DNA of 64,000 bases from assembly GCA_951406725.2 (NCBI GenBank), contig OX597818.1, positions 96,286,001 through 96,350,000 on the forward strand, written 5' to 3'. The stretch comes from Octopus vulgaris. Taxonomy: Eukaryota. The notes under the pieces are model-generated. The model was given only the letters and a program-made list of their open reading frames with translations, made no database searches and was not told the DNA's origin. A program made the position numbers and the translations under genes. Below are positions 24,912 through 39,972 of the stretch, piece after piece; the first letter of the stretch is position 1; each line of letters opens with the position of its first letter.

Positions 24912-25808
24912 GTTCACCACCGTCACTACATAAATTGACGTGAAGACGTAGGGGGGAAAACATTAAATGCCACAAGGTATTACTTATACAGTTTCGAGCG
25001 GTTAATTGTTGAAGAAATCGCCAGTTATTTATTGATTTGTACTGAAACACGATGTCACCATTTATTCGGGCGAGTGCTATCGCCACCGGTCAAATGATTT
25101 CTTTACCAACCACTACCAGCACCACATAACTTGAAGCGAAGATACAGAAAGATTGAATTAAATACCACAAGGTATTAATTATACAGTTTTCAACTAACAA
25201 AATAAGCTATGAAACAACTGTAAATAAATTGTGTTTAAGCCCTTCGTACATATGTATATATATACATGTGTGTGTGTGTGTATGTTTATGTGTTTGTGTT
25301 TGTCTTCCCAACATCGCTTGACAACCGATGGAGGTGTGTTTACGGCCCCGTAACTTAGCGGTCCGGCAAAAGAGACCGATAGAATAAGTACTAGGCTTAC
25401 AAAGAGTAAGTCCTGAGGTCGATTTGCTCGACTAAAGGCGGTGCTCCAGCATGGCTACAGTCAAATGACTGAAACAAGTAGAAGAGTAAAAGAGTAAATT
25501 AAGAAGAGGCTAAACATGAGGTCTCCGTTGAATACCCTGGAAAGTGAAACGAGAGTGCTTTCGATCTTATTCCAAGGGAACTCCGCTGAAAATTTAAGGA
25601 GGGTATAATGTATTTCTTGCTTGTTTTTGAGAAAGGGGAGGGCTCCATCAGATATCCATGAACTTCCTCTCGGCTCTCCGGGATCTACAACGTTGTACCA
25701 GCGGATCCTCGCTCACCTCCTTAAGGCTTGGTTACACACACACACACACAAACATACACACATGAATACACACACATACACACAAGTGTATATGTAAGTA
25801 TGAACACA

Positions 25809-25975
25809 GGCGTAGGAGTGGCTGTGTGATAAGTAGCTTGCTTACGAACCACATGGTTCCTGGTTCAGTCCCACTGCGTGGCACCTTAGGCAAGTGTCTT
25901 CTGCTACAACCTCGGGCCGACCAAAGCCTTGTGAGGGGATTTGGTAGAGGGAAACTGAAAGAAGCCCGTCGTATT

Positions 25976-26036
<61 letters not shown>

Positions 26037-26214
26037 ATATGTTTGTGTGTCTACGTTTATACCCCCAACATGGCTTGACAACCGATGCGGGTGTGTTTAC
26101 GTCCCCGTAACTTAGCGGTTCGGCAAAATAGACCGATAGAATAAGTACTAGACTTACAAAGAATAAGTCTTGGGGTCGATTTGCTCGACTAAAGGTGGTG
26201 CTCTAGCATGGCCA
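25809..26214 (+). mobile_element. SINE family B, near full length
   Basis: GGCGTAGGAGTGGCTGTGTGATAAG head, internal (TA)n(TG)n, 3' half CTTGACAACCGATG...GCATGGCC; 3'-half copy at 25280-25497, minus copy at 27390-27700. Confidence 0.9.
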
Positions 26215-26923
26215 TGAGGATAACTTTCGTTGGACACCTGAAGGACGAAAAATAAAACCTGCCATAGTTGAACTCAGTACAATGAAAAGCCATCCAACAG
26301 CTGGGATTGAGTAACCGCTCCACTCTAGGAATTTGTTTAGAGTTTTCTCTTGGAGTAGGAAATTTCGAAATATCACCTGTCTTCTGGACTACTTGGCTTT
26401 GTATGTCTTATCTCTGTTGTGCAAGGTGTTATTGACTTTAAATTTCAACACGATCATTATCGATAAGCGTTGTCATTAATATCAAGGATAAGATAATTTA
26501 TCAGTGATGGTCATGAGGATGACCTTCGACGTGGTTGAATAGCCAATACCGACAAGTCGGAATTCACAATATGGTTTGAACTATTTACCTTTGCGATCAT
26601 TTAATACAAATCGTGGCTTTGAGTGAGTTTCCTGAGTCACGATCTCACCGTTGTACGCTTATCCGTCACAGGGTTACTTATTTATAGCTGAGTGGACTGG
26701 AGCAATGTGAAGCAAAGTGTTTTGCTCAAGAACACAACGCACAACCAGTCTTGGAATCGAAACTACAATCTCGTGAGCGTGAGTACAACACCCTAACCAC
26801 TAGGCGACGAGCCTTCATACACGCCGACGAATATGTATGCGCGTTCCTACGAGTTGACAGTTACCAAGAATGCACATATGCTTGTAGGCATGCATGCACA
26901 CATATATCATATATATATACATG

Positions 26924-27002
<79 letters not shown>

Positions 27003-27005
27003 CAT

Positions 27006-27041
<36 letters not shown>

Positions 27042-27237
27042 TGTTGAAATAGAAAAAAAAACCCCTAAAAAACGACGAAAGTAGGTATATGAAGTTTGCC
27101 GCTCGGGAAAAGGAAAAAGGAATAAGAGAAAATAAACAAAGAGAGAATGAAAAAGAACTTGTAGATTTCAGCGGTCAAGTATGGCGAGTGATTAGAAAAA
27201 AACGTTTGAAAGAAGAGGTTGAAAGAAAGGGAGATGA

Positions 27238-27360
<123 letters not shown>

Positions 27361-27573
27361 TTGACTGTCTGTCTATATATATTCTTTTTTATTCGTTTAC
27401 TTGTTTCAATCATTTGACTGCGGCCATGCTGGAGCACCGTCTTTAGTCGAACAAATAAACCCCAGGGCTTTTTTTTTCAAGCCTAGTACTTATTCTATCG
27501 GTATCTTTTGCCGAACCGCCAAGTTACGGGGACGTAAACACACAAACGTCACTGTCAAGAGATGGTGCGGGGA

Positions 27574-27619
<46 letters not shown>

Positions 27620-30600
27620 TATATGATGGGCTCCTTTCAATTTCCGTCTACCAAATCTACTCGCAAGACTTTGGTCGGCCCAAGGCTATAATAGAAGAAA
27701 CTTACAAATCTGCACATATACATACATGCATACAATCATACATACATACATACATACATACATACATACATACATACATACATGTATATTCGCAGACAGA
27801 AACACGTGTATATGCATGTATGTATGTTAGATGTATGTTTTGTATTTATACATGAAAGATGTTCTTGATGGAATAATATATCCTAGAACAGCCAGTTAAA
27901 TATTTTATATTTCTGTATCTATCAAAATCTGGTTTGTGCATTCCATCGTCTTTAGGTGCTATTTGTCTCCTACATGTAATGCATACACCTAGGTTAGCAC
28001 AGAACCTATTAAAATCTATATCTAACGCACTGCTTTACACTGTCAAAGACCTTGCGTTTGGGCACTGTTATATCACAATCCACCATTAAAAACCTCTATC
28101 CCTCGCAAGGCATTTCTTTGTTTAGCGATGTTATAATGTGCAGCATAATAAAGGCGCGTGTCCTAATTTTTTGGGTCTTTAGTCTATGAGCTTAAGATTG
28201 CGGGTTCACTCGCAAGACCGGGTATCACGTTCTTGTCATTCAGGAAAGCAATGGTATCTCCAAACGTCATGTACTGTCTTTTCACCCTCCTTTTTCTTCT
28301 ACTGCATGGTCTCTCATTCTCGGCGCTTGTTTACCTCGAACCACCTACTTTCAAGCACTGCTGTCTTACTCGTTCATTTCTCCTCTTTTCTGGCACCTAT
28401 AATCTGCCCTATCCACCCAACCACCGTCAGGTTTCGCAGTCATCATAACACCCTATGGTAGAGACGCTGGACTTAGTTGTTAGGTAGCTGGACTCATGAA
28501 CGTAAGATTGTGGTTTCGATTCCTGGACCGGGTGATGTGTTATGTTCTTGGGCAAAACACTTCATCTCACGTTGCTCCAGTCTACTCAGTAATCCTGTGA
28601 CGGAGTGGCATCTTGTCCAGGGAGGACTATACACAAGTGATACCAGGAAACCATCCTTATGCTTCTTACGGAGTAATGTGGACTAACAATAATACTTTAT
28701 GCCCAAGCTTGTCATGTCCATAAGTGCATCCAACGCTGGCTGGGGTAGGGAAAACCGAAAATGTATAAAATGGTGAAACGAGGAATGACTTAAATGTCGT
28801 TGAAAACAACCTACCCCTTTCAGGAATCATTTTGGATAAAAATGAAAAACAATAACATTTTCTGCCCTCCCCTTCCTTCACTACTACCACGATCACAATC
28901 TTGCCAGCACAAGAAGAGTTACTGCTCATATAAATTAAATAAATATTTATTTAAATATGAAATCTGTTGAAACAAGATCTGGAAAGAAGAAAAAAAAAAA
29001 GAAAAAAGAAAGCAAAACAAGTTCTAAACGAAAATAGCAGCTCGTTCATGAAAAACAAAACAAAAACATAAGTAGACAAAAATAAAAAAAATCTCAACAG
29101 CTTGTACTTCATTCAAACACCACAGCTGATAACTTAACATGTGTTTTATCATAACTGAAAAGCCTGGTATTATCATGCAACACTTAATGAAATAGGGTCA
29201 AGCTATTTGATGGTTGCTGGTTGTTATTTACCCCCAAGTCAAACTTGATTATGCAGAAGTTTTTTCAAAAACATTTCAGTTGTCATTGTCATGTACTTTT
29301 TGTGTATAACCTGGCTTCATCATCAATAAGGACATCTATTTCCAAACGACCTCGTAGCAAAGACTGCTTCGCGAAGACTGATCTTCCTTTTCACGACCAG
29401 AACGTAATGCACTTACGACTATAAAGCCTTTAAAAATCTCAAATGAAGCCCACAATTGAGTGTTGCACCCTCATTTAGGGTGATACTGCTGCTGCGCCCC
29501 GTCAAGGTGGGGAACCTATACGCCAAGGAAACCGGGAAACCGGCCCTTATGAGCCAGGAATGGCTCGAGAACGAACATAAAAAACAACCCAGACGATTGG
29601 TCTAAATCCTCCTTTCTCTCTCTAAATTCAAACACTCTCCCTTGGTCCACAGTGGAGATCACTCCAAATGCTGCTTACTCTGCAACAATGGCTTGTTGCC
29701 CTCGGAGCTGCAGCTTTTGTGAACCTTTATCTAGGCACTCTCTGCTTATTCTACTCCCCTTTTTTTGACCACCTACATCGTGTAAACTAACCCTATACAT
29801 TTCACTCAGTCTTTCTTCGGTGTTTCTATCAAATGCCAATTCGCTGCATTTCCCTTGTTGCCAATGTTTTCCTGTACCCGTCAACTTACAACTGTTCAAA
29901 GGGAAGATTAACCTCAGCCACCACATTGATCTCTGAGGTCTCTGAATACCATTGACACAGCACCTTATTCCAGAGTGAGCCAATAAAGGAAAATGTCTTT
30001 CATTTAAAACGTTAGGGTGTTATTTGAGAGCGAACTGACGGTTACTTTCTAGCAAGTCAAACCAACGTACAGAGGGTATGTCATAGTTGCTACTCTAACA
30101 ACCGTTCAATGTGACTATTCCATTACCCAGTCTAAGCTTTACTCACCGGATGATTTTTGCTCACTCGTCAATTACACAGCGTCCTTAGTCACACGCAATA
30201 CATTAAAACAGCACGTTTCTCCGAACTACTTTTATTTATCCAGAACGATGTATTTATATGATATTGCTAAAGTTCTGATACCAATCAATTCGCTTTTATA
30301 GGTATCAGTAACGTTAAAATTTAAGAGGTGCAATAATATTCCGTTTTTATGGAGAGGTGTGAAGGCGCGTAATCTGGTGGCTTGAGTGTTCGGTTCCCGA
30401 TCAAGTTGTCGTGAGTTCAACTGCCGGATCAAGTGACGCGTTGTGTCCTGGTGCAAAACATTTCATTTCCCATTGCTCCAGTATACTCAGCTAAAATTTG
30501 AGTGCTGGTACACCGCTCCCTCCCTCCCTCTCCCTCTCTCTCCAGTGGTGCATGCCGCCAGGTCAGAGGGTGGGAGAGTAGAGAGAGTGTCTACGTCTGT

Positions 30601-31060
30601 TTATGACTGCAAAGGAACCTATAATAATAAGCGAAAGCATGGTGTATGTTACTTAGCCATACTCGTTCGTGGTTGATGACTGGCTCTTAAGGACATTAGT
30701 CACCGTAAGATGAAATAGCGATAGCGACTCAGTGTCAACCAACAGTTAGAAGTATTCAATATACACCGCTAATAATGGAGAAATTGCACGAATGAATAAA
30801 TTGGGAAAGACATTTTCAAGATATTGGTTGCGGTTGGAAAAAATTCGTTTTTAAATTACAAAAAAAGAAGAAAAGCACAAATCCCCAGATTCATTCAAAT
30901 TAAACAACGGTTCACATGTAGAGTAATAATTACATTTTCTAAAACACTCGAATATATTAGGGTATTATTCTACGGTAGGTTTCTTTCTTTAATAGTGTGA
31001 CACCATGAGACGCTTTATTTCATTGGATATGCTATATTGGCTTGCTTTATATATCTACTC

Positions 31061-31103
<43 letters not shown>

Positions 31104-32889
31104 TTGTGTGTGTGTATGTTATAGTCCCTTTGTTTGCATATATTCCTACCTGTATAGTTTACACCTGTATATTTTAAAGACGTTATTTTCTTCTGTGCTG
31201 TTTTTCACTATATCAACTGTTTACTACTTCTCCTGACCTCGATACAGGAGTCTTTCTTACAATTTTTTGTTCGCCCCCGCCCTTCTTCCTCTTGTTTTCT
31301 TTTCTAATAGACACAAAATATATCTGTAATTTTTATCTTTTTATCATGCTCTAGTACTATACAATGGCCTCTTTCCTCTGATACTTATCTCCCCCACTCC
31401 ACTTCTCATACAACTTATCTTTATCGTGTTCTCATAAACATTTTATAGTTCGAATATTAAAGAGTCGTCAGAATGTAATGATTTATTGTTTTCCATTCAT
31501 TTGGCTGTCGAAGTTGGTCCGGTCAATGATTTCTATCCTTGCCTGAGCTGCGTTGTGTTTTTATGATCAAAGTATTCAACAAGCTCTGGTCTAGTTACCT
31601 AGCTATATATTGGTACCGAAACGAGGTATACCTCACTTCTATTAATATTAGTGGAACGTAGAAGGCGGCGAGATGGCTCTGTCGTTAGCACTCCGGGCAA
31701 AATAGCGGCATTTCTTCCGTCTTTACGTTCTGAGTTCAAATACGGATACATACGTTTACCAACAGTCTAAGCTCGACTAAACTAATTTAGATACATTAAA
31801 TGAAGACAGATTCTCCAAGTATCAAATGTGCACCCAGACAACTACTTTTTATAGCGAAATTTTTTTTTTTTATAAATACTTTTCAACAGCCTTTTGCTAC
31901 GATTCAGCGACCCCTCCACCATATTTTTAATGTACGTACACATAATATCAGGCCTAAGTAATTTTGTTCCGAGTACCAGCTTGCTACCAGTAACTACTTA
32001 CTACAGTACCTCCCAACTATAACGGAATATTATAAGTATAGATAATATGTATTCGGTTTTGTTTATCTACATATTTACAATTCGAAGTCTCACTGATTCA
32101 ACGTATATTGCTAGCAGAGATGTCGCTACTATCTCTAGCGTCCGAGCGTCTACCATTGACAAGGCCAGGAAGGCTGAAATTACGATGACTGGAAGTCTTG
32201 GTGGTGGCGATGACGGGGAGTTGTCTCCCGCTAGCGATGTAAACAAACGTGCTTATATGCACTAAAAGCCAATATCAGAGTTTATCTCATAGTGACTATA
32301 GCAGTATGCTGTTTTCTAACACGACATTCACTTTTAAGCGGGAATAAGTATTACCTCTATTATTGTTGTTGATACTGTCATTATTATCTTTGTTGCTGTG
32401 ATTACGGCTAACATGCAGTTAATTTTATTTTTTCTTTCTAATTTTGGCACAAGGCTGGCAATTGTTAGGTGAGAGTGGAGTCGATTACATCGACCCCAGT
32501 GCTTAACTTATACTTAATTTATCAACCGCCAATGAATAAAAGGCCAAGTCACCTTCGGTGGAATTTGAAGCCAGGACACAAAGAACCGGAAGAAATGCTG
32601 CTAAGCATTTTGCCAGCTCGTCATCTTGCAGTCTATCATAATATCTTTTCTACGATAAGCACAAAGCTTGAAATTTTAGGAGGAAGTGACTTGCCGATTA
32701 CATTGACCCCCAGTGTTTCAACTGGTACGTATTTTATCGACCCCGAAAGGATGAAAGGTGAAGTCAACCTCGGTGGAATTTGAACTCAAAACGTAAAGAT
32801 GGACGAAATACTGCTAAGCATTTAAAATAACGAAAACACTTGACGAAAGAAAAAGCATAAAGAAGAAAAGAAAGATTCTTAAGGTGCAT

Positions 32890-33215
32890 CTAATGCCTCC
32901 TTTTTCTATGGCAGTCATAAATCCACTTGCTTGTATGATTCGGGAGCGTCAGCTTAAACTGTTTGGTCATGTTGCTTGATTTTCCAAGTTGGATCCTGCG
33001 TACCGTGTTCACTTCTCTGAAGATCTGGCTGGGGTGACGGCTCGTGTTGGTCGACAACGTATTCCATATTCACGGTGGATGAGGAAGTATTTTATGGAGA
33101 TGGGAACTATCTAGGAAAGTGCTGGGAGGGTTGCTCGGAACGACACGTGTAGATACTGATAAATGGTGAATGTAACGACGCACTGCAATGGCGCATGTCC
33201 TCCTGCTTGACCTTG
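32890..33215 (+). mobile_element. 3' end of RTE-clade LINE, decayed
   Basis: MIRERQLKLFGHVA*FSKLDPAYRV...ARVGRQR..., typical of the RTE C-terminus (RERQLRLFGHVAR..DP..R..GRP). Confidence 0.75.
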
Positions 33216-34103
33216 GTACTAGGCATCGACTAAAATATGATTATATCAAGTACTTCCTAAAGTTTAGTTACATGACAACCTTATTAAAACCAAGCGATTG
33301 TTGTGAAAGAGTATGGCTTGGCAACATGTACTATGCTTTAGTTAATTGTTTTAGGTGCCTATATTTGCGCGGAGTTGCACCACCACTCAGTTGCTACACA
33401 TTTGCAGCCGAGTTGACAGGAGCAACGCCAAATAAAGTGTCCTGCACAAGGACATAGTGCGAGGTGTAGTCAAGGAATTAACTCACGACATTATGATTGT
33501 GAGTTGATCTCCCTTAGCCATTAACCGTGAAGACGCGTGACCTTGTGATTAGAATATTCAGCTCACAATTGTAAGGTCGTGAGTTCGGTTCCTGGCGGCG
33601 CGTTGTCTTTGAGCAAGAGACTTTATTTCACGTTGCTCCAGTCCATTCAGCTGGCAAAAATGAGTTGTTTCTGTAATTCGATGGCCCGGCCTTGTTACAT
33701 TTTGTCTCACGCTGAATCTCCCCGAGAACTACGTTAAGAGTCGTGTGTTTGTGTCTGAGGAGTGCGCAGTCACTTACACGTTAATTACACGAACAGGCTG
33801 TTCTGTTGATCGGATCAACTGGAATCCTTCCCGTCGTAACGGACTGAATGCTACTTAGTTAACCCTTAGGCCACGTGCCTTCATTCAGAAGACAAACTAT
33901 TATGTTTATGATTCGACCGAGTTTAAAGCTAGCGAGCATCTGTTGCCGCTGCTGCCGCCGCTGCTACTGCCGCTGAGGTGTTGGGCTGCGTTTTGTTGGC
34001 TAAAGATTCGGAGGTTCGTATTTTGTTGCTGGAGACTCGTTGTGTGAAAGGAAGTAACACTAGAGCAACTAATCACAATAAAGGTTGTTGCCGCTGTTGT
34101 TGT

Positions 34104-34378
34104 TGAGCGAAGCGGTCTTCGTCCCAGAGCTCGCAGTGGGAGAAGTCCGAAACGTGGTCCTTTGCTATTCGTAAGACCCGCAGAAGAGAAAGCAGGTCAA
34201 CCCCGACACCGAGATCATTGACGGATGAATGAATGCGCATCCAGTCTCAGCGGTTGCGTAGGAAGTCGGGGACAAGAAACAGGAAGAAAGTGTAAGAGAA
34301 AGTTGGGGCGAAAGAGTACAACAGGGGCCGCCCCCCCCCCCTGCCGGAGTCTCGTGGAGCTTTAGGTGTTTTCGCTCA
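34104..34378. repeat. GC-richer interspersed repeat with short inverted ends
   Basis: TGAGCGAA (34104) ... TTCGCTCA (34371); single copy here, class unresolved. Confidence 0.4.
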
Positions 34379-35528
34379 TACCACTGTTGTTTAGTCCCCA
34401 GGACATTTCTTATTGAGCAGATCTCGATCAAAGACGTTACAACACTTACGATCCCATCTTCTCATTTTCTCAGAGGGATGACTTTAATCAAAGAGAGGTT
34501 GTGATTTAAGTGAGAGTTGGTTGTTTATTTTGTAGAAGTTTTCTCTTCGTAGGGATTTTCTCGTATGTTTGTTGTGAGTCCTATATGATGACAAAATGTC
34601 TCACTAAATACACACGTTACATTGAATAAGCAAAAGTAATGCACTAGCTTCCATTTCTACGTTCAAATCTGCCCGTGAGCTAAAAGAATAAAACCAACTC
34701 AGTTGACCAATATTCTTATTTGTGGAAGATCTTTTCAAATATTTAATACTGAAAGTTGAGCCAAAGCCAAGATTCCTTTCAACACCCTTGAATTAGTACA
34801 ACGATCATTAATTTAAAGGCAGACGATGTATATCCGAGATTCTGTTGTGAAATATCCTTCTTTGACTGGTCAAACTATATGCAAGTTCTGTGTTGACTGG
34901 TTCAGTAGTATACCTAAGTAGGTCATACACCAATTAGCTAATTACTATAATTAATTAAACAATACAGTCCAATTAAATACGACCAGATTACTCTGTAATG
35001 TTTTACAGCAATTAATTGGTTAAACAAACCAAATAGCAAGAGTAGGGGAAAAAATGAATGTTTCTGTGTGTCTGTGTGAGCGTGTGTGTATGCATGTGTG
35101 TGTGTGAGAGAGAGAGTGTGTATGAGTGCAAATGTATGTGTATGTGTGTGCATCCGCAAGTATTATGTTTTAGTGTCTTCCAGGAATAAAGCATTCATTT
35201 GGAAGAAATGGCAAAACATTGGAATAAATGGAAATCATAAACAAAAGAAAATATGTTTGTGTAACCTTTGATGGAATAAAGCTGGAACAGCGCTGGAAAG
35301 GTTATTTGAAAATTCTTTCCTCAGCACAAGAACAGTTCTGTTAGGTGCCCTCATCAAACTAAATATCTCACAATGTTCTCCACATTATTTTTGCGACGTT
35401 GTTTTCGGACACACACACAAACATGTTTAATAATTTGTTTTGTAACAACTAAATACGAAATAGATAAAACTATAAATCAATGGTTCCCAACCCTGAGTTT
35501 TCCCATGGACCCCTTTTAATGTGTTTAT

Positions 35529-35653
<125 letters not shown>

Positions 35654-35899
35654 ATTATTAATATTAGGGAAGTTATTTCCGAGTCCACAGGGTAGAGAAA
35701 TTCAATTTAGTGGTACTAAAATGAATTCCTCGCTGTATTATATACATATATATAAATAAATTTAAGAGACAGAACCACATTCAAGCAACTCAGACAACAT
35801 TGAACGATATTATCTATGACAGAGATATATAAGATTAACTTTTATCAAAATTAATATCTATAATTACTATTCTGAATCATATATTAAATTCTATAGCCC

Positions 35900-36520
35900 A
35901 TATATCTATCGGTATTGCTGAAATAGGTCTCGAAATTCAATACCATATCAATCCGACTATACTACCAATCTTCAGGTCTGGATTATATAAAACTATTTTG
36001 CTATTTACATCATATATAAAGAAAACCATCAACATAACCAGGCTTTTACATTTCTATAATCTTCTATAGTCAGTAGTTAGATATCTCAGTGCATATATCA
36101 AAATAATAGGTACAAATAAAAAAAGTCAATAACCCGGATACAATAGCTGTGAGTTCTGTATCAGCTGGTAATATATATAGGTGTGTGCCATGCGTATGTG
36201 GGACATTTGCAACGGTTTAGCAACTGATATTTTCGAAATACATAACTTTTGCTCTATTGAAAAGTACCAGATGATTGCCACGGATTGCTGTTGCATTAGT
36301 ATGTATTAGTTCAATGTTCCATTTATATTCGTTATTCTTTTAACATTTTAGATACATCCTGGTTCTGATGTGGCTCTGATATGTCTATCAGGACAATCCT
36401 CCCTGCTGATAACATCATATCGTGTCTCATGGAGAGGCAAAAATTATGCACATTTATACCCGTTTTTGAATAGCTGCTGCTGATATGGCTGGAATCTTCC
36501 ACACTGTGGGTAATCGTTAG
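35900..36520 (+). mobile_element. Possible very decayed Penelope-like RT
   Basis: Ordered weak motifs AM (near 36187), KVPDDC, LTFRYILV and a frameshifted IPF-like stretch; spacing shorter than expected. Confidence 0.3.
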
Positions 36521-36646
36521 TTTTGTATGCTACAGTTTCTTTTGCAACGTGGAGATTAAGTGACATTCTTATCTTTTTTATCGATCAACTCTCCTTTCTG
36601 TCTCTTTCTCTTTCTCTCTCCCCCTCTCTCTCTCTGCATATGCATA

Positions 36647-36697
<51 letters not shown>

Positions 36698-36699
<2 letters not shown>

Positions 36700-37511
36700 A
36701 GGATAAAAATCTCTATAAGAATTTATCAAGTAGCCGGCGTGAAAATCCAGTTTAGGAAAAAATTAAATCGAAGTATATAATTATTCCTTTCAATAAAAAT
36801 ACATTAATCATATTAAGGACTACTACTATATGCAAATGTCTACACTTCAGTAAATATGCATATAAATATTTATTGAAGCAGTTTTAACGCATTACAGCGT
36901 GAGGCGTTTGCTTATAGCTATAGCCTTTAATATAATTAATATGTATACTGGAAGCTTTATTTAGGACAACGGCTGTTTCGGCTTACTTCTGCACTGGTCC
37001 CTAGCGGGTGGGGAACGATGTAAAAGAATTAAACGCACCTCATAGTGCAGAAGAAACCTCCTAAAGCCATATGAAGCGGTTCAGTGTTATAATATATACA
37101 TTTCGCTAATAGTTGTGGCAAGATGATGTTGGTATCATATGCATGTTAGTAGTTCACCAATAGAATAATGAGGTAGGGTTTGTGGTTTATATTTAGGGAG
37201 TGATTGTTAAAGAATAAGAAAAATAAATGTAAAAAAATAGATGTGATGGTTAGAATAGTTTTTGAATGAATATACATCCTGAATATACAGCACACAAACT
37301 CTGCCTCATTAATCTATTGGTGAACTACTAACACACATATGATACCAACATCATTTTGCCACACATAGTGAAATGTACATCTTATAATACGGTTTTATGT
37401 GCCTGAGGACGTTTCTTCTGCACTATGGGGTGCATTCGATTCTATTACATCGTTCCTCGCCCATGTAGACGTAAGCCGAAACGATTGTTGTCCTAAATAA
37501 AGCTTCCAGTA
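36698..37511 (-). mobile_element. Penelope-like pseudo-LTR with inverted partial copy and degenerate hammerheads
   Basis: Inverted arms 36946-37184 / 37293-37511; CTGAGGA (37403) ... long stem II ... GAAAC (37478) in the right arm, mirrored in the left arm. Confidence 0.6.
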
Positions 37512-37547
37512 CACTCTGTCTTCCGTATTAATCATTAAGAATACATT

Positions 37548-38472
37548 CTTGCATTATCATGTTGGAAAACAACACCCCTCCTGTTGGCCAATTCTGGACG
37601 TTTCTCTTGAATTTCTGCTTTTAACTCATCCTGTTGTGTGCAGTATTTCTCAGAATTAATTGTCTGGTTACTTGGGAGAAGCTCATAGTACAGAATTCCT
37701 TTCCAATCCCACCAGACACAAAGCAAGACATTTTTAGGGCGAAGACCTGCTTTTGTGGTGGCTAAGGGTGGCTCATGCTGCTTACTCCAGGATCGCTTTC
37801 TCTGAACATTTCGGTAGATAATCCATTTCTCATCACCTGTCACAATTTGCTTTTAAAAAGGCGCGTTTTCATTCCGTTTATAAAGCGAATCACAGATGGA
37901 AATGAGATCCAAAAGGTTCTTCTCACTCAACTCATGTGGTACCCAAATGTCGTTGCGATTTGTGTACTCAAGCTTTACCAGGTGCTCATGAATGACGGAT
38001 TTTGATAGGTTGAAGCTTTCTGTCAATTCTCGGGTTGTGCAATGTGGGTTATTCTCAATTAATGACTTGATTTGGTAATCATCTGTAGTGGATGGTCTGT
38101 CTGATCGCTCTTTATCAATATGGCTATAATATCCAGCTCGGAACCTTGCGAACCACTTCCGTACAGTTCTTTCGGATAAAGAAACATCAACATAAACTGC
38201 GCATATTTCTTTGGTTGCTTGTGAGGCATTTTTTCCTTTTCGGAAAAGGAAAAGCATCTAGTGCCCAAAATGAAATTTCTTATCTTCCATTTTAAAGGGT
38301 TACAGAATTAACACATGTTATAGGAATATAAACCTTCTTTCACGAAAAGATAGCTTAAACTGTGCTCTAAATGCAGGTGTAGTCAAATCCTATTTTATGG
38401 ATTCAACCATGTTCTAAAATAAGTCGAAAGGTAAGCTACTATAAATCGGCATGAACTTTCCGGACAACCCAA
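37548..38472 (-). mobile_element. Mariner transposon, mellifera-like, 3'-truncated
   Basis: TIR TTGGGTTGTCCGGAAAGTTC after TA; ATG at 38290; MEDKKFHF..LFLFRKGKNASQA, WVPHEL, TGDEKWIIY, VWWDWKGILYYELL, HDNAR; one stop and one frameshift; third D missing. Confidence 0.92.
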
Positions 38473-39972
38473 TACATATGCATGCATGTATGTATGTATG
38501 TATGTATGTATGTATGTATGTATGTATGTATGTATATGTGTGTGTGTGGGTGGGTGGGTGTACGCATGGATGGATGTTTGGTTGGCTGGCTGACTGGATG
38601 TTCAGTTTTATTTCAAGATTTCTCGCCAATAGAGAAACAGCCGGTTTCTAACCCAGATCATTGGAATTTCAACATCAACAGTAGGATATTTTTGTTTCTG
38701 TGTATGTATGCATGTATGTATGTATGTATGTATGTATGTATGTATGTATGTATGTATGTATGTATGTATGTATGTATGTATGTATGCATGTATGTATGCA
38801 TGTATGTATGTATGTATATGTGCAAATTTGTAAGTTTTGTTTTATGTATGTATTCTCATGCATATAGTTGCATATCTAGACATACTCATATATACTTAAA
38901 TGATAAACTCCCAGACAACCCAAGTTAAGCCAACTTTGCTCTAGATGAGTCGGTACCTATCCTTTTGCTCTAATAATATGTATAAAATTGAAGGTGTATC
39001 TTGGGTAGAGGATTTGCAAATTCTTTATCAACGATTCATAGACTTTTTCTTTCTCTAACATTTTGCTGATCACACTGTTGTTCGGATTGCTTATGTACGC
39101 ACGCGCGCACGTGTTTGTGTGTGTGTGAGCGTGTGCATGTGTGCGTACGTACATATTTTGTGTATGTAAACATATGTATATGTGTCTATGTATATTATAT
39201 AACGTATATTATATATATATTTATATCGCGGGGAAATCCACATATTTACGTAATCCTTAAGATAAATACATGCTATAGCCGGATTAATAGATAGTACTAT
39301 AGAATTATGTCGTCATAGCTCATCTTTGCCTCGACCTTGGTCCACTTTCAAATTAGCTTCCTTCACTCGTTAATTAGACGGACCGTTTCATTTCCATAAT
39401 TTCCGTTAGATTCCTTTGATCTTCCGTCAGCACTGATATGCTTGTTTAAATATTGAACTGAAAGCGATTTCATCGATCGAAAACTCCTCAAAAGAAAAAA
39501 AAATTTAAATAAAAAAAAATCTTTTGAATCATCAGTTTTCATCTCTAACTTGTTTTTTACGCTTTAGTCTGAGAAAATATAGCAATGTCAGTAACATTTC
39601 TGCAAAGGATTGAAAGATCAAGAAAAAAAGTGGAAGAAGTCTTGACTCAAGTGTTAATGCACCCCACCCCCGCCCCAATATATTAAGATAAGGATTTAAC
39701 TGAAGACCGGGGTTTGGGATTAAATGCTTCCAGGGACTGGATGGAAGTGGTGTTAAACCGAAAGACGTATTAATCTTTTAGCATTCAAACTAGTAAATAA
39801 CTGGCCTAGCTTGCTTACTAGCCACATGGTTCCAGGTTCAGTCCCACTGCGTGGAACCGTGGGCAAGTGTCTTCTACTATTGCCTCGGGCCGACTAAAGT
39901 CTTGTGAGTGGATTTGGTAGATGGAAACTGAAAGAAGCCTGTCGTATATATGTATATATATAAATATATATA

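Noticed and set aside
31583-31636. Hammerhead relic (GTTACC..GGTAC CGAAAC GAG GTA)
   Set aside because: Core CTGGTCTA is too far from CUGANGA and stem I is unsupported
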